From the NCBI GenBank assembly GCA_002839315.1, contig PGXV01000009.1:130202-194201 (forward strand): a stretch of DNA of 64,000 bases, read 5' to 3'. The DNA is from Spirochaetae bacterium HGW-Spirochaetae-3. Lineage in GTDB: Bacteria; Spirochaetota; Spirochaetia; Treponematales; UBA12059. Below, in pieces: positions 30,571-39,269 of the stretch. The stretch's first letter is position 1; each line of letters starts with the position of its first letter. Below the pieces are notes generated by a model, which saw only the letters and a list, made by a program, of their open reading frames with translations, searched no databases and had not been told where the DNA came from. The translations under genes and the position numbers were made by a program.

Positions 30571-31272
30571 CGACACGACGCCCCGGGACGGGATCCACGA
30601 CACGACGCCCCGGGACGGGTTCGGGAATTCAGAAAGGCCTCGTTAATCATCTCGGAGGGGCCTGACCATGGATAAACGGCCATCGCTGCGCGACGGCGCG
30701 TTTTCCATGGTCACCCTCCTCCGCGTGCATGCGAGGCTTGTTAGGAACAAGGGTTAAGGGGCGTCGTGTCGTGCCTTTGGCGCGGGAAGATAGGGACCCA
30801 CGACGCCTCGGGACGGGTTCGGGATCACTGTAAGGCCTTTGTTAATCATGACGGCGGGGCCTGACCATGGATAAACGGCCATCGCTGCGCGACGGCGCGT
30901 TTTCCATGGTCACCCTCCTCCGCGTGCATGCGGGGCCTGTTAGGAACAAAGGTTAAGGGGCGTCGTGTCGTGCCTTTAGCGCGGGTAAGATAGGGACCCA
31001 CGACGCCCCGGGACGGGTTCGGGAATTCTGAAAGGCCTCGTTAATCATCTCGGGGGGCCTGTCATACGAAAATGGCCTTCGCTGCGCGAAGGTCGATTTT
31101 CTTATGACACCCTCCTCCGCGTGCATGCGAGGGCTTTGGTGCGGAAGATAGGGTATCGGGTGCACTACTGCCGGCTCGCGAGACGCCGCCGTTGACCTGC
31201 GAGCGCAACGAGTCAGGTCGAACGACGGCTAGCGATCGCCGCGCCAGTCGGCGATCGCGGCTTTTGCGCGGG
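30571..31272. repeat. Tandem array of ~200-bp structured repeats (units start at 30601, 30799, 30999) plus trailing hairpin modules
   Basis: Units share CACGACGCCYCGGGACGGGTTCGGGA...GTTAATCAT...CCTG[hairpin]CACCCTCCTCCGCGTGCATGCG...AAGATAGGG. Inverted ends CGACACGACGCCCC / GGGGCGTCGTGTCG. Confidence 0.92.
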
Positions 31273-31390
31273 TGAGTATCAGCTGCGTGGATCAAGGCTC
31301 GGGGGTAGGGGAGAAGCGTATGAAGGATTTAGTGGAACAGGGGACGAGCGGTTCAGCTACCCATCTGTCGATCCGCTAGTCCACTCGGGG

Positions 31391-32338
31391 CTACTGCAAG
31401 CCGCGGTGTGCATCTTTCGCGAACAAGGGCTGCGATTCCCAGTCTCCTGGAAATCCGAGAGATGGCAACTGCCCGGGACGTAGTCTCGCTATGAGCGAAC
31501 GTAGCGTATCGTCGATACGTACTTCTGGCGATGCCGCTCGTAGAAGTTTTACCACGATGCAGAGCGATGCATAGATTCGGTTGTGGTTTGGCCAGTAATC
31601 CACCCATGGCGGGGTGCTTCCGGTCGGGAAGATCGGGGTTACTTTTAGAATCCTGCTGAAAAGCCTGCCATGATGAGCGCAGATATTACGCACGAGATTG
31701 AGGTGGTGGAACCAGTTGACGAGCACCTTGGTCGATGCGCGAGAGAAGCCCCAGAATCCGGCTATTCTCTGCTTGCAGGGCAAGGCGAGATTCAAATTAC
31801 TATAATACCTTGAAAGTATTCCAAGCGATGTCGTCTCAAGGATTTTCCAGGCCGGGGGAGGATCATTATCGTCGTATGTACTCTTATGATGCTCGACGAA
31901 TACTTCCTTGGACCTTTCCCAATCGGCGTAGAGGTCCTTGATATCTCTAGACCATGCCGCGCGATTGAAAAAGAGCGATGAATCCGCATACCACCGCGCT
32001 CCATGATCCAAGGAAACCTGGAGGACGAGCTGGGTTCTCAATGAGACCTCGACTCGCTCTATCGCATCGAATACGAGAGCGCGAAGATCGCGATCGAATT
32101 CGTAGTCATACTGTATCCAGTTCCATTGCGCGCCATCGAAGAATGGCGTGTCGGGGAGGGTATTGTCCTGGTACGGGTAGGTGTAACCTCGCCAGCGATA
32201 GTAGCTTACTCGACCGAGAACGGCGATTAAATCGGGCTTGGCTATGCCTTGAAGTCCCCTGTTAAGTAGGAGGTCGGCTTGCGCTTCTAGAGGAAGCGGC
32301 GGCTTAGCGTAGATCGGCTTTGATGTATTATCAGACAA
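31391..32338 (-). CDS. Abi-like (AbiD/AbiF, Abi_2) HEPN protein
   Basis: KPPL..E.Q..LL..RGL, VSYYR, Y.FDRDLR....AIERVEVSLR, PPAW..LE..SLG, HEPN RxxxxH (RNICAH). TTG start with GAGGA RBS; lower GC than flanks. Confidence 0.9.
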   Translation of the reverse strand: MSDNTSKPIYAKPPLPLEAQADLLLNRGLQGIAKPDLIAVLGRVSYYRWRGYTYPYQDNTLPDTPFFDGAQWNWIQYDYEFDRDLRALVFDAIERVEVSLRTQLVLQVSLDHGARWYADSSLFFNRAAWSRDIKDLYADWERSKEVFVEHHKSTYDDNDPPPAWKILETTSLGILSRYYSNLNLALPCKQRIAGFWGFSRASTKVLVNWFHHLNLVRNICAHHGRLFSRILKVTPIFPTGSTPPWVDYWPNHNRIYASLCIVVKLLRAASPEVRIDDTLRSLIARLRPGQLPSLGFPGDWESQPLFAKDAHRGLQ

Positions 32339-32360
32339 GGGTAGATCCTCGCCTTAGGGC

Positions 32361-32414
32361 AAAAAAAGAACCCCTCTGGGTGCGCTTGCGAGCAGAGGCG
32401 CGAGGGGTCTCGTT
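32361..32414 (-). ncRNA. Candidate abiF-type leader / antitoxin RNA
   Basis: GACCCCTC-GCGCCTCTGCTCGCAAGCGCACCCA-GAGGGGTTC-T7, between the promoter and the abi RBS. The architecture resembles, from memory, the abiF RNA motif. Confidence 0.65.
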
Positions 32415-32420
32415 ACCCAG

Positions 32421-32449
32421 ACTATACAGCATGCCGGAGCTATCTACAA
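32421..32449 (-). promoter_or_regulatory. Sigma-70 promoter for the ncRNA-abi unit
   Basis: Minus strand TTGTAG-N17-TATAGT. Confidence 0.65.
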
Positions 32450-32510
32450 GGCTATTCATACATACTAATAGGGCTAAGTGTAGGCTCATACGGGCTGGTG
32501 TCAAGGAAAA

Positions 32511-32745
32511 GATCCACGACGCGACGCCCCGGGACGGGTTCGGGAATTCAGAAAGGCCTCGTTAATCATCTCGGAGGGGCCTGTCATACGAAAATGGCCT
32601 TCGCTGCGGGCTAGCGATCGCCACGCCAGTCGGCGATCGCGGCTTTTGCGCGGGTAAGATAGGGTGTCGGGTGCCCGATAGTGTAACTGAACCACTGAAC
32701 CCCTTCTTCTAGCCTGGCGTCGTGTCGTACCTATGGCGCGGAGGA
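32511..32745. repeat. Fourth, mosaic copy of the ~200-bp repeat
   Basis: Left half of unit 3 fused to the GCTAGCGATCGCC...GGCGATCGCGGCTTTTGCGCGGGT module; right end GGCGTCGTGTCG at 32716-32727. Confidence 0.88.
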
Positions 32746-32795
32746 AGTGATCCGTTATCTGTAATCAGTGACCACGATACCGTATCTTCCACAGA

Positions 32796-33299
32796 TCACA
32801 GGTCACTCTTCATCTTCCGCAACAGCTGCACGGCGGTCTTGCCGTCCTCGCGGACGAGCCTGAGCGTCAGCTCGCCTTCGCCGGCGGCCTTGGTCCACCA
32901 GGCCTCGCGGGCGAACCACTCTATGGAATCGGCTAGCCAACCGTCGACGGCTGGGCCCTCGACGTCGGCGGGCTTGCGGTCCTGGGTAAAGAGGTACTGG
33001 CCTGGTTCCAGCCGTTCCGCGTCGGAGGTGGCGTCCCCGGAGTCGGCGTCTCCGGGGGGGGCGATGAGGCCGGACGCGGCGATCCTGGCGGGCGGGGGCA
33101 GGGGGCGCCTGGCGGAGGGGCCGTCGTCGCAGGCGGGATCGACGAGCGCGTCCCAGTCCCACGCCATGGTCAGCTCGGAGCCCTCGGGGGCTTTCGCGAT
33201 GGCCTCTATCGCGTCGGTCGGGGAGCGGACGGCGGCGCGTTCGGCTTGGCTACGGTACCATTCCAGCCGTTTGTGCAGGTTGAGCGTCAGTAGTGTCAT
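32796..33299 (-). CDS. Hypothetical protein
   Basis: Host-like codon usage; CATACT box 6 nt before the ATG. Confidence 0.6.
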   Translation of the reverse strand: MTLLTLNLHKRLEWYRSQAERAAVRSPTDAIEAIAKAPEGSELTMAWDWDALVDPACDDGPSARRPLPPPARIAASGLIAPPGDADSGDATSDAERLEPGQYLFTQDRKPADVEGPAVDGWLADSIEWFAREAWWTKAAGEGELTLRLVREDGKTAVQLLRKMKSDL

Positions 33300-33370
33300 T
33301 ACGGCAGTATGTAGGCTTTTGCGGTCCGGGTATAGTCCCGTAGACGTTCAGCGTGATAGACTAGGGCCTC

Positions 33371-35347
33371 ATGTCAATCCTGGAACGCGTCGGGAGCCCC
33401 GACGATATAAAGCGCCTGTCGGTCCGCGAGCTGTATAGGCTCGCCGCCGAGATACGCGGCCTTATCATCTCTACGGTCACCGTCAACGGCGGCCATCTCG
33501 CGTCCAACCTCGGCGTCGTCGAATTGACGCTGGCCCTGCATCGCGTGTTCGATACGCCGCGGGACTCGATCGTGTGGGACGTCGGCCATCAGAGCTATAC
33601 GCACAAGATCATCACGGGCCGATTGGGCTCGTTCCGACAGATCAGGCGTTCCGGGGGCTTGTCCGGCTTCCCGAAGCGTTCGGAGAGCGTCCATGACGCG
33701 TTCGACGCCGGGCACGCGTCGACGTCTATATCGGCGGCGCTCGGCCTGCTGGCCGCGAACGCCAGGCTCGGCGACCCGGGATCGGTCATAGCGGTCATCG
33801 GGGACGGCGCCCTGACCGGCGGCATGGCCTACGAGGCGATGAGCCACGCCGGCCAGCTCGGCCTGCCCTTGATCGTCGTGCTCAACGATAACGCCATGTC
33901 CATATCCCGCAACGTCGGCGCCGTCTCCAGGTACCTCTCGCGCCTGTCCGCGACCGTCCGCTACCAGAAGATCCGGCGCCTCGTCGACAAGGTCATCCTC
34001 GGCGTACCGTACTTCGGCCCGCATCTGCATCCGATAGTGCTGAGGATAAAGCGCGCCGCCAAGGCTATATTCTTCAAGGAGAGCCTGTTCTCCGACCTGG
34101 GCTTCGAGTATGCGGGGCCGATCGACGGTCATAATATACAGGTGCTTACCGACGTATTCGCCCAGGCCAGGGCTATCCGCAAGCCGGTCGTCGTCCACGT
34201 CGTTACCAAGAAGGGCAAGGGGCACCCCGCGGCCGAGCTGAATCCCGCGGCCTTCCATGGCGTGTCGCCTGAAATACAGTCGTCGCCTGCAGTACAGTCG
34301 TCGCCTGAAATACAGTCGTCCGATCCTCTGGATCCGGCCGGGGCCCCCGCGGCGAAGCGCCCGACCTTCACCGCGGCCTTCGGCCGGGCGATGGTCGCGG
34401 CGGCGGCGGCCGATCCTCGGGTCGTCGGCGTGACCGCCGCGATGTCATCCGGCACCGGGCTAGGCGATTTCCAGAGGGCCTATCCGGCGAGGTTCTTCGA
34501 CGTAGGCATTGCCGAGGAGCACGCGGTGACCTTCGCGGCCGGCATGGCCGCCGGCGGCCTCAGGCCCGTCGTCGCCATCTATTCTACCTTTATGCAGCGG
34601 GTCTTCGACCAGGTCCACCACGACGTCGCGCTCGAGGGGCTGCCCGTCGTGTTCGCGCTGGACAGGGCGGGCGCCGTCCCCGACGACGGCGAGACCCACC
34701 AGGGTATATACGATATCCAGGCCTACAGGGCCGTGCCCGGCCTGGCGATCATCGCTCCGGCCAGCGCATCCGAGCTCGATCAGGCGTTGCGATGGGCGCT
34801 CTCCGCGTCCGGTCCGACGATGATTCGCTATCCCAAGGCCGTATGCCCGCCCGAGCGGCCGGTGTACGCGGAACCGTTCGTCGCCGGCAAGGGCGTATTC
34901 GTCCGAAAGAGCGATTCGGCCGCTTCGATACTGTTCGTCGCGTCGGGCGCGCTGGTCGACGAATCCCTGCGCGCCGCCACCGCCTGCGCCTCCTCCGGCG
35001 TCGCTGCCGACGTCTACCACCTGCGCTTCCTGAAGCCGGTAGATACGGCCGCCTTCGTCGAGGTAGCCCGGCGCTACGGCCTCGTCGTGATAGCCGAGGA
35101 AGGCGTGCTGACCGGCAGCGTAGCATCCGATCTCGCCGCCGCGGTTATCGCCGCGGGAGGCGATACCAAGGCTGTCGCGCTCGGCTTCGACGAGCGCCCG
35201 CTGCCCCAGGCCCGGCGCGAGGAACTGCTCTCCGCGGCAGGCCTGTCCGCCTCGGGACTCGCGGTGACGGCGCTTTCGGCCATGGCCGCCAGCGCGATCG
35301 CCATCGGCGCCAGGAACGCCGGAGCCTCCTCGAGGAGCGGCGCCTGA
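33371..35347 (+). CDS. dxs: 1-deoxy-D-xylulose-5-phosphate synthase
   Basis: GGHLASNLG, WDVGHQSY, GDGALTGG, DVGIAEEHA, DGETHQG. Confidence 0.97.
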   Translation: MSILERVGSPDDIKRLSVRELYRLAAEIRGLIISTVTVNGGHLASNLGVVELTLALHRVFDTPRDSIVWDVGHQSYTHKIITGRLGSFRQIRRSGGLSGFPKRSESVHDAFDAGHASTSISAALGLLAANARLGDPGSVIAVIGDGALTGGMAYEAMSHAGQLGLPLIVVLNDNAMSISRNVGAVSRYLSRLSATVRYQKIRRLVDKVILGVPYFGPHLHPIVLRIKRAAKAIFFKESLFSDLGFEYAGPIDGHNIQVLTDVFAQARAIRKPVVVHVVTKKGKGHPAAELNPAAFHGVSPEIQSSPAVQSSPEIQSSDPLDPAGAPAAKRPTFTAAFGRAMVAAAAADPRVVGVTAAMSSGTGLGDFQRAYPARFFDVGIAEEHAVTFAAGMAAGGLRPVVAIYSTFMQRVFDQVHHDVALEGLPVVFALDRAGAVPDDGETHQGIYDIQAYRAVPGLAIIAPASASELDQALRWALSASGPTMIRYPKAVCPPERPVYAEPFVAGKGVFVRKSDSAASILFVASGALVDESLRAATACASSGVAADVYHLRFLKPVDTAAFVEVARRYGLVVIAEEGVLTGSVASDLAAAVIAAGGDTKAVALGFDERPLPQARREELLSAAGLSASGLAVTALSAMAASAIAIGARNAGASSRSGA

Positions 35348-36219
35348 GCCCCCGCGTCCTGACGCTGCCCCGCGGGCGCTCGCTCGACCTGGGCGGGCGC
35401 GCCGTCGTGATGGGCATAGTCAACGCGACCCCCGACTCGTTCTACGCTCCCAGCCGCGTGTCCGGCCCCGACGGGCGCGCGGCTGTCGTCGATACCGTCG
35501 CCGGGATGCTCGACGCGGGCGCGGCCGTCATAGACGTGGGCGGAGAGAGCACGCGGCCGGGCTCGGAGTACGTCGGCGCCGACGAGGAAGCCTCCCGCGT
35601 CGTGCCGGCGATAGAGGCCATCCGCTCGCGCTGGGACGTCGCCGTCTCCATAGACACGCGGAAGGCTTCCGTGGCCACCGCCGCGCTCGACGCGGGCGCC
35701 GATATCGTCAACGACGTCGCGGCACTCGGCGACGACCCCGCGCTGGCGTCGTTGTGCGGCGAGCGTGGCGTCCCGGTCGTGCTGATGCACAAGAAGGGCG
35801 CGCCCGCCGACATGCAGGACTCGCCCTGGTACGTCGACTGCGTCGCCGAGGTCGTCGCCTTCCTCGTCGCCGCGGCCGGTCGCGCAATAGCCGCGGGGGT
35901 CGCGGCCGACCGTATCGTCGTCGACCCGGGCATCGGCTTCGGCAAGCGGCTCGAGGATAACCTGGCGCTACTGTCTCGACTTGATGAAATAGCCTCGTCG
36001 GGCTATCCTGTCCTCGTGGGGCTGTCGCGAAAGTCGTTCATAGGGGCGATAAGCGGTATGGGTCCCGACGGAAGGCTCCCCGGTAGCCTGGCGGCCGCCT
36101 GCGCCGCCCGCGCGAAGGGCGCCGTCATATTCAGGGTGCACGACGTAGCGGAGACGGTCCAGGCGCTGGCCGTATTCGACGCGGCGCGGGGATGGGTCGT
36201 CCCGCCCGCGTCCGCATAG
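35344..36219 (+). CDS. folP: Dihydropteroate synthase
   Basis: MGIVNATPDSF, DVGGESTRPG, DPGIGFGK, SRK, RVHDV. Start uncertain (CTG 35344 or ATG ~35410). Confidence 0.93.
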   Translation: MSPRVLTLPRGRSLDLGGRAVVMGIVNATPDSFYAPSRVSGPDGRAAVVDTVAGMLDAGAAVIDVGGESTRPGSEYVGADEEASRVVPAIEAIRSRWDVAVSIDTRKASVATAALDAGADIVNDVAALGDDPALASLCGERGVPVVLMHKKGAPADMQDSPWYVDCVAEVVAFLVAAAGRAIAAGVAADRIVVDPGIGFGKRLEDNLALLSRLDEIASSGYPVLVGLSRKSFIGAISGMGPDGRLPGSLAAACAARAKGAVIFRVHDVAETVQALAVFDAARGWVVPPASA

Positions 36220-36247
36220 CGACGAGGGAAGGCGGACGGTCGGAACG

Positions 36248-37048
36248 ATGGGCATACAGGCGTTCATAAGCGTTCTCGGTCGTTGGGTCAGCCCCGCGCT
36301 CGACGTCATCATCCTCGCGTACCTCATATACGCCACGTACCGGCTTCTCATAAAGACCCAGGCGGTCCAGCTCGCGAAGGGCGCCGGCCTGCTCGTCGTC
36401 GTCTACGCCGGAGCCTTCTTCTTCAAGCTCGAGACCCTGTCGTGGGTGCTCAACCTGCTGGCCCCCGGCCTCGTCATAGCGCTCGCCATCATCTTCCAGC
36501 CGGAGCTACGCAAGATATTCATAAAGCTCGGCCAGGGCGGCATCTTCAAGCGCGGCCACGGCCCGCGGTCGACGCAGCTCGACGCCATACTGCACGCCGC
36601 CGAGCTGCTCGCCGAGAAGCGGCGGGGCGCCCTCCTGGCGTTCGTCCGCTACGTCGCCCTCGACGAGATCATAGAACGAGGCACGAGGATAGACGGCGAG
36701 GTGAGCTCCGCGCTTATCCTGTCCATATTCGAGTACGATACGCCGCTGCACGACGGCGCGCTCATCATAAAGGAAGGGCGCATCGTCGCCGCCGGCTGCT
36801 TCCTGCCCCTGTCCGAGCAGCGCGACATCAAGCGCAGCTTCGGCACGAGGCACCGAGCCGCGCTCGGCCTGACGGAGGTCGCCGACGCCGTCGTGCTGAT
36901 CGTCTCGGAGGAGACGGGCGCCATATCGCTCGCCCACGACGCCAGGCTGTACTACAACCTCAGCCTGCCGACGCTCCGCAAGCGTCTCGGGCAGCTGCTC
37001 GAGTCGTCGGGAGGTCCGTTGAGCGACGAGGGGGCCTTCGATGACTAA
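36248..37048 (+). CDS. cdaA: Diadenylate cyclase CdaA
   Basis: 3 TM helices, FQPELR, PLHDGA, GTRHRAA, VSEETG. Confidence 0.95.
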   Translation: MGIQAFISVLGRWVSPALDVIILAYLIYATYRLLIKTQAVQLAKGAGLLVVVYAGAFFFKLETLSWVLNLLAPGLVIALAIIFQPELRKIFIKLGQGGIFKRGHGPRSTQLDAILHAAELLAEKRRGALLAFVRYVALDEIIERGTRIDGEVSSALILSIFEYDTPLHDGALIIKEGRIVAAGCFLPLSEQRDIKRSFGTRHRAALGLTEVADAVVLIVSEETGAISLAHDARLYYNLSLPTLRKRLGQLLESSGGPLSDEGAFDD

Positions 37049-38018
37049 GTCGCGGCCGGAGCGCTTCGAGCGCTTCTTCGCCGATTGGCCCGCGAAGGTC
37101 CTGTCCCTCGCGCTCGCCGGCGCGCTCGCGTACTTCTTCCAGATGAACCGGCTCGAGGAGCGCCCGATGTCCGTGCCGCTCACCGTCGTCTCGAACAACG
37201 ACTTCGTGCCCGCGAGCCAATACCCGCGCACGGTCAGGCTCGTGCTACGCGGCGAGTCGAACGCTATATACGCGGTGCTCGAGGGCGATATCGAGGCGAC
37301 GCTCGACCTGCGCGGCTATACGAGCGCCGGCGTCTGGCGGGTGCCGGTGCGCATAGAGAAGCTGGGGAGCGCCCTGGGCATAGATCCTCTGGAGATAAGC
37401 GTCGACCCGTCGGACATAGCGCTGTCGATAGAGCCGCGCGTCGTCAAGGAGGTGCAGGTCGTGCCCAGCTTCCGCGGCTACCTGGAGCCGGGCTACGAGC
37501 TGGCCGGATTCGCGCTGTCGCCGCCCAGGGTGGAGGTCTTCGGCCCCGCCGGCGTCATGGAGAAATTCGTAGACGCCGCCACGGAGCCGATAGAGCTGAC
37601 CGGCCGCTCGGACAACTTCACCGCGAATACGAAGATAGCGTTACGCGATCCCTTCGTCGGTCTCCTGTCCGCCAACTCGATAGAGTTCTCCGCGCAGGTG
37701 AAGAAGGCCATGGTTTTCCGGAACTACCAGGATCTCGAGATCGGCTTCGTAGGCCTCCGCGAAGGGCTCAGGATGAACGCGCCCTCGCTGTCCGGATCGG
37801 CCAGGGTCGCAGCGTCGAGCGCCGAGCTCGAGGCGTTCGTTCCGGCTCCCGGGGCGCTCGAGGTCGACCTGTCGAGCATAGAGGGGCCCGGCGTCTACGT
37901 CGTCGCGGTCGTGCCGCGTTTCCCGGCCGGATTCGACGTGGAGTCGTGGTCGCCGGCGGCCGCCACCGTGACCGTAGAGGCCGAGCAGGCGGAAACCAGG
38001 GCGGAGGCCCGACGGTGA
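37041..38018 (+). CDS. cdaR: CdaR (YbbR-domain) regulator
   Basis: N-terminal TM helix, YbbR-like repeats, overlaps cdaA. Confidence 0.85.
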   Translation: MTKSRPERFERFFADWPAKVLSLALAGALAYFFQMNRLEERPMSVPLTVVSNNDFVPASQYPRTVRLVLRGESNAIYAVLEGDIEATLDLRGYTSAGVWRVPVRIEKLGSALGIDPLEISVDPSDIALSIEPRVVKEVQVVPSFRGYLEPGYELAGFALSPPRVEVFGPAGVMEKFVDAATEPIELTGRSDNFTANTKIALRDPFVGLLSANSIEFSAQVKKAMVFRNYQDLEIGFVGLREGLRMNAPSLSGSARVAASSAELEAFVPAPGALEVDLSSIEGPGVYVVAVVPRFPAGFDVESWSPAAATVTVEAEQAETRAEARR

Positions 38019-38386
38019 TACTCGGCATAGGCGTCGACGTCGTACACGTGCGGCGGATAGCGCACTGGCTGTCCGTGCCCGGCCTCCCGGAGCGGTTCTT
38101 CCATCCCGACGAGCTGTCGTCCGCCCGTTCGAGGGGCACGAGCACCGCCCTGTCGCTGGCCGCGCGCTTCGCGGCCAAGGAGGCCTTCGGCAAGGCCATC
38201 GGTACGGGCCTCCGCGGCGTCAGGCTCGCGGATATCCGCGTCATCAACAATCATAACGGCAGGCCGGATATGAGGCTGTACGGTAGCGCCCTCGAGAAAT
38301 TCAGGGCCCTCGGCTGTTCGTCCATCCATCTTTCGCTGACCCACGAGAGCGACAACGCTATCGCGATGGTCGTCCTGGAGGCCTAG
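38015..38386 (+). CDS. acpS: Holo-ACP synthase
   Basis: GTG start; GIGVDVV, AARFAAKEAFGKA.GTG, HLSLTHE. Confidence 0.95.
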   Translation: MILGIGVDVVHVRRIAHWLSVPGLPERFFHPDELSSARSRGTSTALSLAARFAAKEAFGKAIGTGLRGVRLADIRVINNHNGRPDMRLYGSALEKFRALGCSSIHLSLTHESDNAIAMVVLEA

Positions 38387-38387
38387 C

Positions 38388-39269
38388 GTGTACAAGATAC
38401 AGACGGCGAAGAAACCCGAGAAGGACCGCAAGGTAACGTTCTCCGCCAAGGAAGCGACCCGTTGCCCCGTCTGCGACGCGAGTTTCCATCGCGAGGAGCT
38501 GTTCTCCGGCCGCGTAAGCGCAGACGAGATGACCGACGAGCTCCATCGTACCTATAAGCCGCTCCACGCGTTCGGCGAGGTGCATCCGCTCGTCTACGAG
38601 CTGGAGACCTGCCCGTCGTGCTTCTATTCCGCCTTCAGGCAGGATTTCCTGCCGGCGGGCGCTAAGTTCTCGTCGGAGCTGAGGGATCGCATCGAGTCGA
38701 GGACGGAGGAGGCGGCGAAGGTCTTCACGCCGCTCGACTACCAGTCGCCCCGGGGCCTCCTCTCCGGCGCGGCGAGCTACTACCTGGCGCTGCATTGCTA
38801 CGAGCTGTTCTCCAAGGAATTCGCGCCGACCATCAAGTGCGCCATATCGTCGGTCCGCGCGGCCTGGCTCTGTCACGACCTGCACGCCAGGGCGCCGAAC
38901 GAGAACTGGGACTACGTCACCGGGCTCTTCTACCGCAAGGCGCGCTTCTATTACAAGGCCGCCATAGAGCTCGAGCAGACGGGCAAGGAACCGTACTCGT
39001 CGCAGCGCTACCTGGGGCCCGACACGGACAAGAACTACGGCCACGAGGGCGTGCTGTACATGGCTGCCATACTCGAGCTCAAGTACGGCCCGACGGACGA
39101 CCAGGCGGCGCGGCACGAGCGGCTGAAGGCGGCCAAGGTGTCGGTGGCGAGGATGTTCGGATTCGGCAAGAAGAATAAATCGAAGCCCGGCCCCCTGCTG
39201 GACAAGGCGCGCGACCTCTACGAGCGCCTCAAGACGGAGCTCCAGGAGGGCGACGACGAGAATGAGTGA
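38388..39269 (+). CDS. DUF2225-like zinc-binding protein
   Basis: CPVC and CPSCFY motifs, helical repeats, position between acpS and truA. Confidence 0.75.
   Translation: MYKIQTAKKPEKDRKVTFSAKEATRCPVCDASFHREELFSGRVSADEMTDELHRTYKPLHAFGEVHPLVYELETCPSCFYSAFRQDFLPAGAKFSSELRDRIESRTEEAAKVFTPLDYQSPRGLLSGAASYYLALHCYELFSKEFAPTIKCAISSVRAAWLCHDLHARAPNENWDYVTGLFYRKARFYYKAAIELEQTGKEPYSSQRYLGPDTDKNYGHEGVLYMAAILELKYGPTDDQAARHERLKAAKVSVARMFGFGKKNKSKPGPLLDKARDLYERLKTELQEGDDENE

Noticed and set aside
30571-31272. CRISPR array
   Set aside because: Units are ~200 bp and nearly fully conserved, with no unique spacers of constant length and no cas genes.
30953-31607. Short ORFs over the repeats (also 32320-32695)
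   Set aside because: They are translations of repeat or hairpin DNA with no RBS or protein-like features.
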